Positions 46,708-57,126 of a DNA stretch of 64,000 nt are shown here, in pieces. The notes below the pieces were generated by a model. It worked only from the letters and a program-made list of their open reading frames with translations, had not been told where the DNA came from and searched no databases. The DNA lies in the IMG/VR virus record IMGVR_UViG_3300021400_000141, positions 1-64,000 of that record; one strand, 5' to 3'. The stretch comes from a virus (Duplodnaviria > Heunggongvirae > Uroviricota > Caudoviricetes). The translations under genes and the position numbers were made by a program. Position 1 is the stretch's first letter, and the number at the start of each line of letters is the position of its first letter.

Positions 46708-47501
46708 GCGAGTATCGTCCTCTTGATTACGTCGGAAACGTCGATAATTCCGTACGGTTTCGCATCACCCTCCGCTGGAATGTGGCATATCCACATCGCC
46801 CCGACTTTGAGTGGCGTGTTTAGTTCAAGTATCGCCTTGTACATGCTGAGCTGTATGCAGTAGTGATGATAGTTTATGTCGTAGAAGTTGTCGAACGGGG
46901 CGTACATCTTGGTGGTGTACGGCTTGGGTTCGAAATCAAGGTGCGAATTGGTTTTCCAGTCACCGATTACGAGCTTGTCGGAAACCTTGTCGTACAGGAG
47001 GATATCCATCGTTCCGCAAATGAGGTGCTTCTTGTCGTAGACGGGAAGTTCAACCCTGATTGGGATGTACCGCTCGGACAGCTTCGAGAACAACGCCTTG
47101 CACTTTGGTATTCTCCGTTCAAAATCGGCCTGAATATCGTCGTATTTGTAACGTTTTCTAAACTTATGCGTATATGACTTTCTGGCCCACAGGTTTTCCA
47201 TGACGCTATGGACCTCGTGCCCGATGTCCTTGCCGTATTCGTTCTTGTCCTTCCACATGGCAAGCACTTCTTTCGCAGTAACCGTCCTGCCCTGCTGCTT
47301 GGACATCTTGGCGGCAGTAAACGGGGCGACTTCCTTATCGTTGAACGGGTCATGCAGCTCTTCAATGACGGTAGATACGGACTTGTACACGTTACCCTCG
47401 GAATCGGTATAACGGTGCCCCTCGTCCTCGAAATAAATATCTCGGAACGAACTCCAAAGAATATCGTTTAACTTATATAAGTTAGGAACCTTTTCTTCCA
47501 T
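46704..47501 (-). CDS. PD-(D/E)XK (RecB/Cas4-like) exonuclease
   Basis: SVSTVI, G..VH..ME, E, GTMD, IGDWKTN, QLSMY. Confidence 0.88.
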   Translation of the reverse strand: MEEKVPNLYKLNDILWSSFRDIYFEDEGHRYTDSEGNVYKSVSTVIEELHDPFNDKEVAPFTAAKMSKQQGRTVTAKEVLAMWKDKNEYGKDIGHEVHSVMENLWARKSYTHKFRKRYKYDDIQADFERRIPKCKALFSKLSERYIPIRVELPVYDKKHLICGTMDILLYDKVSDKLVIGDWKTNSHLDFEPKPYTTKMYAPFDNFYDINYHHYCIQLSMYKAILELNTPLKVGAMWICHIPAEGDAKPYGIIDVSDVIKRTILA

Positions 47502-47601
47502 GGCTCTCCTTTTTACGGAAAAATACTAAAAAAGTTCCAGATTGTCAACGGTTTCCCCGAAAAAGTTATAAACTCTTTACAGTTAAGCATTGAGTATACT
47601 T

Positions 47602-49293
47602 ATGAACAACAAACAGCTTTTTGAGCAGTCAGCGAGCAAGATTCTGTCAAAGAACCAGCTCGAAGGAGTGATGAAGCTCCACAACGCCCTATTTGAATGC
47701 GGACAGGAAGAAATGGTGGCAGACACCGTGGCAGACGCCGTTGTTGACGCTGTCAAGGATTCCGTTGACGAAGTGGCCGAAGAACAGGTCGATAACGTCG
47801 TAGATGACGCCGTCGAAAGCGCCCCGTCAATAGAGATTGTCCCCGCAGACAGAGCCCGTCTCGAATCCCTTATCGACAGCATGAGCGATAAAGAGAAACA
47901 TATGTTTTTCGAGAGCCTCGACGACCAGCAAGTACAGGTTCTAATGGAAGGCCGTGTCGGGGCTTTAACTAAGTTCTTGAATTTCTTCACAAAAGCAGGT
48001 CGAAAGGCGAATAGGCTGGATAAGTTTGAAAAATTGGCTGCGAAGGATGCCGATTTGACCAACAAGTGGCTAAACCTTTCAAAAATTGGCGATGGTAACC
48101 TCAATTCTAAAAACGCCTCTGATTTAAGAAAACTCGGGATGAAGCGAGATGCCGTCCGTCAACAGATGAACGACATGAGATACAAGGCTGGCAAGGGAGA
48201 TGTCTCCGAGCGGAAGGAAATGGATAAAATTGCAAGGCAAAATAAGTCATTCAACTTTAATTCAGAGGAACTGGAAGGGTTTAAAGCTGATGACCTAGCT
48301 AAAGCAAATAAGTCATATAACACAAGTCTAAATAAGGCAAAAACGACTTTCGACAACGACGCCGAAGTACAGGCACTTGAACAACAACGCAAAACAGCGC
48401 TGGAGAACATAAAGAACAATCAAAATCTTAGCCAACTCGACCGTGATGCGGCTATTAAGAACGCCAATAAGGAGTTTGACGAGAAGATTGCTAATACACA
48501 GGCTATGAAGGATTATAACGCGAAAGTTAATAAAGCGACTACCAAATTTAACAAGGACAAGCAAGCGATTAATAACAATTACCAGTCTCACCTAGAAGAT
48601 GCGTACGAAAGAGAAGGTGGATTTGATGGCTTCAACGGAGCGTCAAAGGCAGGACGTGGTTATCGATACAGAGGAATGGGCCGTTATAACCAAGGGCCGT
48701 TCGGGAGTCCGTACGGATACCCTCCGTACATGAACCCAGAGGCATGGGGGCAGTTCACTGGAAAGTTCTCAACAATGCGTAAAGTCGCTAGGGGACTTAT
48801 AGGAAGCTACAAGTTGTTAATTGGAACACTCAAGCTTGGTGCAGCAGGTGTCGTAGGCTATGGTGGATACAAGATTTACAAATTCTTCTCCAACCCAGAA
48901 GAAGTTGACGCTGCTAATACTGGTTCCTTCGGCGGAATCTTTGGTGGTTCCAATGGTGGTTCCAATGGTGGTTCCAATGGTGGTGAAGAGGAAGGAAGCG
49001 TAGCCGAGACTGTTATGAAAGTGATTGCCGTACTAGGTGGTGGTGTGGGAGGTAATGTTATCGCACGTTTCCTCGGGTTCAACGGCACCACTGGAAAGAC
49101 AGTTGGCACACTACTTGGTGCAGTCCTGGTCGCTTACTTCATGTTCCTGAATGGTGGCGACGAAAAGAACGCAGTAGAAATGCTCGACGAATACAACAAC
49201 GCATCCCCACAGGATAAGCAAATCATCAACGAGGCGTTGGACTTCCCTGGTCTTGGTGAGGCATTGCAGAGCCTATACGATGAAAACCACTAA
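47602..49293 (+). CDS. Probable virion/ejected protein with acidic propeptide, coiled coil and Gly-rich hydrophobic C-terminal helices
   Basis: Late motif upstream; LHNALFE; GGSN x3 repeat; 2-3 hydrophobic helices. Confidence 0.6.
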   Translation: MNNKQLFEQSASKILSKNQLEGVMKLHNALFECGQEEMVADTVADAVVDAVKDSVDEVAEEQVDNVVDDAVESAPSIEIVPADRARLESLIDSMSDKEKHMFFESLDDQQVQVLMEGRVGALTKFLNFFTKAGRKANRLDKFEKLAAKDADLTNKWLNLSKIGDGNLNSKNASDLRKLGMKRDAVRQQMNDMRYKAGKGDVSERKEMDKIARQNKSFNFNSEELEGFKADDLAKANKSYNTSLNKAKTTFDNDAEVQALEQQRKTALENIKNNQNLSQLDRDAAIKNANKEFDEKIANTQAMKDYNAKVNKATTKFNKDKQAINNNYQSHLEDAYEREGGFDGFNGASKAGRGYRYRGMGRYNQGPFGSPYGYPPYMNPEAWGQFTGKFSTMRKVARGLIGSYKLLIGTLKLGAAGVVGYGGYKIYKFFSNPEEVDAANTGSFGGIFGGSNGGSNGGSNGGEEEGSVAETVMKVIAVLGGGVGGNVIARFLGFNGTTGKTVGTLLGAVLVAYFMFLNGGDEKNAVEMLDEYNNASPQDKQIINEALDFPGLGEALQSLYDENH

Positions 49294-49311
49294 TGGTTTA
49301 AGGAGAATGTT

Positions 49312-50547
49312 ATGAACAATATGCAGAAATACGATGTCGCTCTCATGGAAGGTGTAAGTCCCAAGAGGCTTGCCAAGAAGCGCATGAGGGCATTTATTGA
49401 GGCAGTAAGCGAAATCGCTCCTAAATCCCTGGTAGAGGCTGTCGTTGATGCACACAACGCACTGTTTGAAGGGTTTGAGTTCCGACTTCCTAACGGAGTA
49501 CGTGGAATTACTGGTGCTCGACCAAGTGGTTTCAGCCATGGCTATGGCAACAAGACAATATACAATGGTAACGACCTGGTTCGTACCCGTTCCAATCCGA
49601 GGCCTCCTACTAGCTCAAACGCAGACTTTCACTTGCAGACCCATCAGCAAGGTTCTTTTGCTCCTAGGAGTTACGGCAATGTTGTAACATACGACCCAGC
49701 CCCAAGGATTGACCCGCGTGAACCTGAGACACGTGTCACGTTCCACCCTGATACAAGATGGGAAGAAGCACAACGCATGGTAGATGCGGCTCCGCCTCCT
49801 CCACCTCCAGAAGAGCTGCCAGCACCACAGGCAGTACGCCAGCACGCACCGCAGCCTGCTCCTGCGCCAGCTCCGAAGCCAGAACAGCCGAAGGCAGAAT
49901 GTCCTCCTGTATGTCCAGAACCAGCTCCTGCACCTGCTAATGAAATCCCGTCTAAAAATGATGCTGGCGCACCAAAGAAGGAAGCACCAAAGAAGGCGGC
50001 ACCCGCGTATAAATGGAAGGATACCGACTTTGAGCCAATCGAGGGCGAACAGTGCAGCGAGACTCACCCGTACGTAGTCAACCTGGTATCGCACAGCAGC
50101 GAAAACAGAAAGAGCGCCGCATACCAGGCCAAGCACGAGCTTGACGATAACAACGTTCAGGGCGTGTACATTTACCAGTACGACGGTCTTGCACACAACA
50201 CTACCCGCAAGGACGTATGGCGTGTCCGTATCGGTTTCTTCAAGTCAAGGGCGGCTGCAAGGACATACGTCATAAAGCACGTGAAGGACCGTGACCAGTT
50301 CAAGTGGTGGATTGCAAGATGCGATGACAAGAGCGCCAGGGGAGACCTCCATATTAAGCCGGGTACGTTCAAGCTCGCCAAAGACATCACCATGGACGAT
50401 TGCATTGACACTAGCTCTCAAAAGAAAAGTTCAGAGCAGCCATCTTCCAATGCGTCGGCACAACCTGCCGAAAGCAAGCAGGCTACACCGAAGGTCGTAA
50501 CGAAACCTGGCGATAAACCGTTTATGGATTTCGCCGACGAAAAGTAA
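49312..50547 (+). CDS. Pro-rich protein with SPOR-like peptidoglycan-binding domain
   Basis: YVVNLVSHS...VWRVRIGFFKSRAAA; N-terminal AHNALFE. Confidence 0.6.
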   Translation: MNNMQKYDVALMEGVSPKRLAKKRMRAFIEAVSEIAPKSLVEAVVDAHNALFEGFEFRLPNGVRGITGARPSGFSHGYGNKTIYNGNDLVRTRSNPRPPTSSNADFHLQTHQQGSFAPRSYGNVVTYDPAPRIDPREPETRVTFHPDTRWEEAQRMVDAAPPPPPPEELPAPQAVRQHAPQPAPAPAPKPEQPKAECPPVCPEPAPAPANEIPSKNDAGAPKKEAPKKAAPAYKWKDTDFEPIEGEQCSETHPYVVNLVSHSSENRKSAAYQAKHELDDNNVQGVYIYQYDGLAHNTTRKDVWRVRIGFFKSRAAARTYVIKHVKDRDQFKWWIARCDDKSARGDLHIKPGTFKLAKDITMDDCIDTSSQKKSSEQPSSNASAQPAESKQATPKVVTKPGDKPFMDFADEK

Positions 50548-50557
50548 GGAGTTAATT

Positions 50558-52129
50558 ATGGAAAAGAAGTATATTATCGTAAGCAAAAAAGACGGTAAGC
50601 CAATAGACAACAAGCAATACACAAAAGAAGAATTCAAGAAGAAGGCTTACGAACTCATGGAGCAAACTGGTTTGGACAGAGACGCAATGAACGATACTTT
50701 CACCTATCAGGAAGTAGCTGAAGGCGGCGTGTCCACGGAAGAGAACACATCGGGTTCACCCAAAGCTATTAACGGTGAGTTTGACTCGGAAGACAAGAGT
50801 GATGATTACGAGTTTCATGACAAGAACGACACATATCAGGCAACCGTCTCCGACGACGATGAAGGCTGGAACAAGGTACTCGATAATTTGGGCCAAATTC
50901 CACCAGAAATCGCAAGCCTTGTTAGCGACCATAAAGATAAAATCGTCCTTTCCGAAGGCAAAAAAGATGGAAATATAGCGATGAAGAAAAACGCTATCCG
51001 CGTTCTGTACGTGTATAACGAGTTTCTTACATTCTACAATACGTACTGCGCAAATAATGGCAAACTTCCGTCTCAACTTGCCGCATATCTACGTACAGGA
51101 AAGCCAGTGTTTGGGTTGAGTATCTTTCGCCCTGAGTTTGCGTATGATGTAATCAAAAAGGACATGACATCCATTGTTGAGGATATGTTCGAAGCTATTG
51201 ATGATTACTATAAATCTGATGACCCCGAGAGTGAAATATCTGAATTCTACGATGAAGTCAATGATTTTGATGATGAACTCGAAAATGTCAATGTTGCGTT
51301 AATGTGTTTTAAAGAAAAAAACAACTTTAATAAACAGTTGACCAGTAAGGCTAAACAGGCGTATGCACGTATGCTTGCCGAACACGACACAGACTTCAAT
51401 AATTTCTGTAAAGGAAAGCCTACTGGCGATGCACTGTCCGAATACCTCCTGGACATTGCCCAAAATAAGTATCATTTGACAAAACTCAAAATGAACTACA
51501 AAGACAACGACAGCAAGCTAAATGGATTGTCTGATTGGGTAAATCCAGAAGAAAAGGAATCCAAAAACGTAAGGTTGAGCGAAAAACTTGATGACTATCT
51601 CGACTTGAAGCATGCGAAAATTCTCGATACCGATGAGGACAAAAAGAAGCTCAAAGAAATAACTGATTCCTTCAAAAAGGGAGACATGACACAACAAGAC
51701 GCACAAGGTGCAATCAACAGGCTGGTAATCTCGGCCCGTGACAAAATGGTGGAATCCCTTAGACTTTTCTTTAAGTTCGTTGGAATCACAAAGACAGATA
51801 AAATGAATCAGTTCACATCAGGATTGAAACGTCTTGATGAATCCGATTATCAGAACAACTGGCGTTCTCTTGTTACACACTACAAGGAATCCATTGAAAA
51901 GAAAATCGAGATATTCAAGAACGCTCACTCCAACGACATGACAAAGGAGAGCCTTGATGAGTGCGTCAATATACTAAACGGCCTTCTGAAAAATGCTGAT
52001 GTCCTTCTTAAAGACGTTGAAGCAAAGAATGGTACTCAGCTGATGGCACATTCCCGTGAAATTAGCGAACGTATAAAGGAAGTTCAGGAAAAAACCGCTG
52101 CCGCACAGAAGGCTTTCCCGAAACAATAA
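50558..52129 (+). CDS. Helical hypothetical protein (late operon)
   Basis: AAGGAG RBS; 523 aa. Confidence 0.8.
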   Translation: MEKKYIIVSKKDGKPIDNKQYTKEEFKKKAYELMEQTGLDRDAMNDTFTYQEVAEGGVSTEENTSGSPKAINGEFDSEDKSDDYEFHDKNDTYQATVSDDDEGWNKVLDNLGQIPPEIASLVSDHKDKIVLSEGKKDGNIAMKKNAIRVLYVYNEFLTFYNTYCANNGKLPSQLAAYLRTGKPVFGLSIFRPEFAYDVIKKDMTSIVEDMFEAIDDYYKSDDPESEISEFYDEVNDFDDELENVNVALMCFKEKNNFNKQLTSKAKQAYARMLAEHDTDFNNFCKGKPTGDALSEYLLDIAQNKYHLTKLKMNYKDNDSKLNGLSDWVNPEEKESKNVRLSEKLDDYLDLKHAKILDTDEDKKKLKEITDSFKKGDMTQQDAQGAINRLVISARDKMVESLRLFFKFVGITKTDKMNQFTSGLKRLDESDYQNNWRSLVTHYKESIEKKIEIFKNAHSNDMTKESLDECVNILNGLLKNADVLLKDVEAKNGTQLMAHSREISERIKEVQEKTAAAQKAFPKQ

Positions 52130-52149
52130 TCATATTTAACTCAATGCAA

Positions 52150-52182
52150 CAAAGAAGCGGTCCGAATGGGCCGCCTCTTTTA
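52150..52182. terminator. Bidirectional terminator
   Basis: AAGAAGCGGTCC-GAAT-GGGCCGCCTCTT. Confidence 0.7.
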
Positions 52183-52183
52183 T

Positions 52184-52513
52184 TTAGTGTGGGAAATCGG
52201 TTTCAAAATAGATTTCTGTTAAACGTTCGTTCGGTTCTGAACCGTCGTATTCAACCCGTACAGAATATATCGCAACAAACCTATCGAGCGTGAAGAAGAA
52301 ACGCCTGACATCATCAGGGATGTTTCTCCCCATCGCATCATGTGAAACAGGGCTGAACGATGCTTCCATACATGGGTCGTCTGCGGTATGCCCAACGCCC
52401 TTATACTTGATGAAGACAGTCGGGTGTTTGTCACGATACTTCCATGCGAGTTCGCCAACAGCCGTCTTTCCGAAGAAAGACTGGTTGTAATCTGGATATT
52501 TTTTGTATCTCAT
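52184..52513 (-). CDS. Hypothetical protein
   Basis: AAGGAG RBS. Confidence 0.7.
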   Translation of the reverse strand: MRYKKYPDYNQSFFGKTAVGELAWKYRDKHPTVFIKYKGVGHTADDPCMEASFSPVSHDAMGRNIPDDVRRFFFTLDRFVAIYSVRVEYDGSEPNERLTEIYFETDFPH

Positions 52514-52522
52514 TTTGACTCC

Positions 52523-55462
52523 TTAGAACAGGTCGCACATCATTTCAGTCTGGTCTTCCTCGATGTTCTCACCCCATCCGACAGCCTTGAATAGACGGCC
52601 AAGTATATTGGAGACGGTCACCTTCCAGTGGCCTTCCCAGTCTGGTGTGAACAGTTGGAGAAGGCGTGGCGGGACTACATCGCCAGTGTAACCGATTGAG
52701 GTTATGCCGAACGGGTTGTCGCACACCTTGATGTACTTCATCTTGTCGCCAGCGTGTATCGGCTCGTACGGAATCTTCATGAGTTCCTTGTCGTTCAAGA
52801 TAAGGTAGTTCCATACAGATGCGGCCTTTCTACGCCAGTCGATTTTCTTCAATTCTTCCTTCGGGAAGTTAATCATTTCAGTGTACTCAGGAGGCTCTTC
52901 CTTGACACCTGACGGGCAGGAAATGTCGAGGTAGGCATGGTCGAGAATCTTCTGCGTATACTCGTCCTTGATTTCGACGACACGTTTACGCAGGGTTTCC
53001 CTATCCATCGTATCCATCATGAGTTCCACCGTGTTCATCATACGTTCACGTGAGAACATGGTCGTAGACGAACGCACGATTTCAAGACCAGTGATTGCGT
53101 AGTGCGGGTGGATAACGAGGTCAGGTGTCTTCTTGTCAAGGTACACGATGTCTTCGTTGGATTCAGCCACACAGATGTATTTCTTCTTCGCAGTCACAAT
53201 TGTCTTGTAAATGCACTTTTCACGTTTAAGGAACAGTTCGTTTGTACGATATCCCCAAGACGATGCGTAGCCAAGCATGTACTCATCCAGTTTCTCTTCG
53301 AGGATAGATGCGTCAAGCATACGGCAGAAGTCGGTAAGCCTGTAACGGTTGATGATGACACGGAACCGCTTGTTCGAAATCATGCCGTCCTTGTACATAA
53401 TCTGCAGCTTGGAGAACTTGTACTTGCTCCCCTTGATTTCCTGCGGTTCACGGTTACTCGGCTTGTCATAGACATCAGGGCAGTATGTATGGGCCATGAG
53501 GGCAAAGTGCTTCTTGTAGGCCATCTCGTTGCCAGCGTCGAAATCATCCTTGTGGATAATCTGGTGTCCGTCATACACGACAATCTGAACCTTCTTACCC
53601 TGGTTCTTGCTGAACTCTTCATATATGTCGTCGAACTTGGCATAGAACGAGTCGGTATCACCGTGGGACATTCTTCTTTGCAGGATGTCGCTCGTGATGT
53701 CGTAACCCCATTCGGTAGCCTTTTCAACATCGTCGAAGTCAACGTTCGCTTCGTTCCAGAAAATCTCGCCGCAGTAGTCTGGGTTGATTTTCGGTGAGTA
53801 ACCAAACGTGTCGATGAAGCGCTGGTCATGAGACAGGTCTTTGTTGATGTATTCGGCAAGGTGCTTACAGGTGTACTTGATGAGCCTCTGGCCGTAACCA
53901 GTAATTGACGCAGCATTGTCGATATCGTAGAATGCGAAGAACGGAGTACCGAGCAATCCGTACAGGGAGTTACCAAGCACCTTGTACACCTTCTGCATCA
54001 TATCGTAAATGTTCATCAGTTCTTCGTTACCGTCCTTTTCGGCCTGCTTCTTCTTAATCTTGAGTTCGGCACGACCGTTGAACAGCTTTCTCGTAACCTG
54101 AGGAACGATACCTTCCACATCCTTTCGGTAGAACACCTGATATTGACCGTTGTGTGTCCAAGGCGACCTGATGAGAACCTTCTTTTCCTCTTCGGTCAGC
54201 ACATAGTCGATAGGCTTGATAACCTTTGTTTCGGGGCTGATGTTGAAGGTCATCATGATTGAAGGATAAAGGCTTCGGTAGTCGTACGACACCTCTATCT
54301 TGTAGAAACCTGGGACTGAATACACGAAGGCGCCAGGGTATTCCTCCTTTGCAGTAGGCCTGTAAACGGGGAACACCATGTTCTGCTTGTGAAGGTGGTT
54401 CAGGACGAAGCCCACCATCATCTTCTTGGATTCAAACACTGATGTAATCGGCACTCGTGCCTCAGCAGAGGACATTAGCGCAAGGTCGAACATCTTTGTC
54501 TTTGTCTGGATTTTTCTACATAGGACACCGTCTATCACGTTATAGTAGCCGAACAGCGACGGGTAAGTTTTCCACGACAGGTATCCATCAGGAAGCGGCA
54601 CCTTCTTCTCGCCAACTTCCTTTTCACCGATTGCATCGAGTTTGTAGCTCGGCTCTTCGGAGAAGGTGTATTTCTTGTAAAGTGCGAGGAAGTCCATGAC
54701 TTCCGTTCCAGCAATGTGGAGTTCACGCTTCTTTTCGTCGAAGTAAGCCTTTTCGCTTCCCTTAGGCATTCTCGACATGAGATTGATAGGAATTCCGAGC
54801 TTCTTTGCACGACGGCTTGTGTACTCGGTATCGTACGAAAAGTTCCAACCAGAGAGGATATCGACATTGTGCTCTCTGATGTAGTTGAAAGTTCCTGTCA
54901 GAAGTTCCTGCTCTGTCGCACACTTGATATAGGTGCAGTTGAGTTCCTTGTACTTTTCCAGAGTTTCATCGTCGATATCGAGCGTACCGAACTGAACGGA
55001 GTAATCTGCAAAGTTGAGGATAATCAGGTTAATCGGATATTCGGCCAACCAAGGGACAGGGAACCTACCCTCGGTTGACACTTCGATATCCATAAAGCAG
55101 AGGTTGATATCCTTGATGTTCGGGTGTTCGATATCATATCCTTCATACTGCTGTTGCAGGAAGCGGCATCGTGGGTCAATATCAATCTCGTTGAAATGGT
55201 TTGTCGAACCTTGATACTGCCGCTTGATTTCCTTTTCTTCGTTGTGGGAAAGGTAGAATTCGTATACGTCGTTTCCGAAGATGTCCTTCATCCCGCACTC
55301 TACGGCCCCGAATTCACCAAGGCGGTTAGTATAGGAACGGTGTCTGACTGGGAGTACATCGGTCGTACCGTCAACATACCACAGATACATCTTGTCGTTT
55401 GTCGTATCGTGGTATATGGTAGACCACATCTTCTTCTTTGGAAGTTCTTGCGTCTCGCTCAT
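52523..55462 (-). CDS. Family B DNA polymerase with 3'-5' exonuclease (T4 gp43-like)
   Basis: ExoI DIE, ExoII N..YD, ExoIII YN..D, motif A DYRSLYPS, motif B K...NSLYG, motif C HGDTDS, KKKY, GLE..RSS. Confidence 0.97.
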   Translation of the reverse strand: MSETQELPKKKMWSTIYHDTTNDKMYLWYVDGTTDVLPVRHRSYTNRLGEFGAVECGMKDIFGNDVYEFYLSHNEEKEIKRQYQGSTNHFNEIDIDPRCRFLQQQYEGYDIEHPNIKDINLCFMDIEVSTEGRFPVPWLAEYPINLIILNFADYSVQFGTLDIDDETLEKYKELNCTYIKCATEQELLTGTFNYIREHNVDILSGWNFSYDTEYTSRRAKKLGIPINLMSRMPKGSEKAYFDEKKRELHIAGTEVMDFLALYKKYTFSEEPSYKLDAIGEKEVGEKKVPLPDGYLSWKTYPSLFGYYNVIDGVLCRKIQTKTKMFDLALMSSAEARVPITSVFESKKMMVGFVLNHLHKQNMVFPVYRPTAKEEYPGAFVYSVPGFYKIEVSYDYRSLYPSIMMTFNISPETKVIKPIDYVLTEEEKKVLIRSPWTHNGQYQVFYRKDVEGIVPQVTRKLFNGRAELKIKKKQAEKDGNEELMNIYDMMQKVYKVLGNSLYGLLGTPFFAFYDIDNAASITGYGQRLIKYTCKHLAEYINKDLSHDQRFIDTFGYSPKINPDYCGEIFWNEANVDFDDVEKATEWGYDITSDILQRRMSHGDTDSFYAKFDDIYEEFSKNQGKKVQIVVYDGHQIIHKDDFDAGNEMAYKKHFALMAHTYCPDVYDKPSNREPQEIKGSKYKFSKLQIMYKDGMISNKRFRVIINRYRLTDFCRMLDASILEEKLDEYMLGYASSWGYRTNELFLKREKCIYKTIVTAKKKYICVAESNEDIVYLDKKTPDLVIHPHYAITGLEIVRSSTTMFSRERMMNTVELMMDTMDRETLRKRVVEIKDEYTQKILDHAYLDISCPSGVKEEPPEYTEMINFPKEELKKIDWRRKAASVWNYLILNDKELMKIPYEPIHAGDKMKYIKVCDNPFGITSIGYTGDVVPPRLLQLFTPDWEGHWKVTVSNILGRLFKAVGWGENIEEDQTEMMCDLF

Positions 55463-55474
55463 GCTGCAACCACA

Positions 55475-55726
55475 CTATCTCTTGTTGGCGTTTACCTTAA
55501 GCTTGCTTTCGGTATCTGGGTCGAAGAAACCAGTCTTGCTGTCGTAGAAAACCTTTGTCGGAATTTTCACGTCGGAGGCGAACACTAGGGTCACATCCAT
55601 CCCGTTAGTACACCTGTATGTGACAGATTGTCCGTTCGCAACAAGAATTGAACACTTGGTATCGTAGGTCTGTTTAGAAAATGCGAACGCCACCAGTACC
55701 GCAATAATAAGCAACATCTTTCTCAT
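55475..55726 (-). CDS. Small secreted protein
   Basis: Signal peptide MRKMLLIIAVLVAFAFS; two Cys. Confidence 0.7.
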   Translation of the reverse strand: MRKMLLIIAVLVAFAFSKQTYDTKCSILVANGQSVTYRCTNGMDVTLVFASDVKIPTKVFYDSKTGFFDPDTESKLKVNANKR

Positions 55727-55803
55727 AATAACCTCGTTTTAATTAACTATATTATGAACAAGCTAACTATCTCAATGTAAATATACATTCTTCCCATGAA
55801 AAG

Positions 55804-57126
55804 TCAAGGGTCTTTTTTGATACAGCTCATAATCTCCTTGCAACGCATAATCCTTCGGCGGGGAACCCATCTCGGAGGGTTGCTCCCGTCAGCCGTGCAA
55901 ATCCACAGCATGTTGTCAACGGGGATTTCCCTCGGTTTCGGTATCTCGTCGAAAATCATGTCCGAAAAGATGATTATGCCCGAATACTTCCTCACAAGTT
56001 TATTATCCCTGAGCATGTCAAACACGCACTGCGGGTTGGTTCCTCCTCGTCCAGTCACATCGAAGTTCTTGCGGGAACCTCCAGGCTTGAACGTCATCGG
56101 GAGGGTGCATTTGCAGTCCCACCACGAGAAATCTATCTGGCTCCCAGTGGCAATCTTGGCTATCAGGCAGGCGGCTGCGGAAAGGTCTTCGTCAGACATA
56201 GAACCAGACGAGTCTGCTGCAAGGAGAAGCTTGCAATCATATACGGAACGCTGACCTGGGAACAGCAGGTTGTACCGCCTGTTCTGCCTCATTCTCGTCG
56301 ATTCCGTACGCTGTGAGACAACCGTGCCTATGAACGAACGGATGATACGCCTGTGGTCAACGGGAGGCTTCTGTGCGGCAAGTATCTTCATCAGGATGTC
56401 ACCAGCGCTCAGACCCCAGCTAGTCCCATCAAACCCACCGTTCTCCTCCAGATGCTTCGTCTCCATCGCAATGTCGCTAGCAACGGTCTCGTTCGGTGTC
56501 CAGTTGTCGGAACGTGTGTCGTCACAGAAGTAGTCTTCAAGGGCTTCCTGCGGAGTTCCTGGCCCGTCGCTGTTCTCACCTTCTCCACCTGAGGTTTCGG
56601 ACTGGTCTGAATCATCTGGGTCGCCACCGTCGGAATTGTTTGCAGCCCGTTCCATCCACATCGCCACCTTCTCGTGGTAATCACAGTCACCGTCCCATTC
56701 CTTTCCAGTCTCGTTCTTGTACAAAACCTTCCCCTGTTCGTAGTAGACGTTGGCCTTGCTCTTGTCGAGAGCGTCAGGGAAAGATGTTCCTGTCAGGGTA
56801 AGACATCCCCTCGCCATAGCGTAGCAGATGATGTCGCTAGAAAGGAGGTTGAACTTGTTGTCAACGGCACGCTTGGTGACATGGTGCAATGCGATGCGGG
56901 AAGCCTCTATGTAGAGGACTTTCGCAAGGTCGCTCAGGTCCATCATGTCCACCCAACGGCTGTTCGCAACCAGATAAAGCTGGCCGGGCATGTGGGCATC
57001 AAGCATCAGCGTCTTCGTTCGGTCGTCCTCAATTAGCGGCTGTGCCATGTTTATGTAGCACAGTGCGGGAGCGTTCACCGACCCCAGCAGCATCTTAGCC
57101 TGTTCTATCTTGTATAATGCGGACAT
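55804..57126 (-). CDS. DUF2201-like (degenerate metallopeptidase) plus VWA protein
   Basis: LYIEASRIALHH (degenerate HExxH), DSSGSM, GRGGT, IIFSD. Confidence 0.85.
   Translation of the reverse strand: MSALYKIEQAKMLLGSVNAPALCYINMAQPLIEDDRTKTLMLDAHMPGQLYLVANSRWVDMMDLSDLAKVLYIEASRIALHHVTKRAVDNKFNLLSSDIICYAMARGCLTLTGTSFPDALDKSKANVYYEQGKVLYKNETGKEWDGDCDYHEKVAMWMERAANNSDGGDPDDSDQSETSGGEGENSDGPGTPQEALEDYFCDDTRSDNWTPNETVASDIAMETKHLEENGGFDGTSWGLSAGDILMKILAAQKPPVDHRRIIRSFIGTVVSQRTESTRMRQNRRYNLLFPGQRSVYDCKLLLAADSSGSMSDEDLSAAACLIAKIATGSQIDFSWWDCKCTLPMTFKPGGSRKNFDVTGRGGTNPQCVFDMLRDNKLVRKYSGIIIFSDMIFDEIPKPREIPVDNMLWICTADGSNPPRWVPRRRIMRCKEIMSCIKKDP

Noticed and set aside
46704-47501. Cas4 and Cas2-like genes as a CRISPR-Cas locus
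   Set aside because: The genes are dispersed, there is no cas1 or array, and the exonuclease lacks the Cas4 Fe-S cysteine cluster.
48943-48984. GGTGGTTCCAAT tandem repeat as a regulatory or contingency locus
   Set aside because: In-frame 12-bp repeat encoding a GGSN linker; no phase-variation effect.
53340-53640. Intein in the DNA polymerase
   Set aside because: No C/S start, no HN-C/S/T end and no LAGLIDADG motif.
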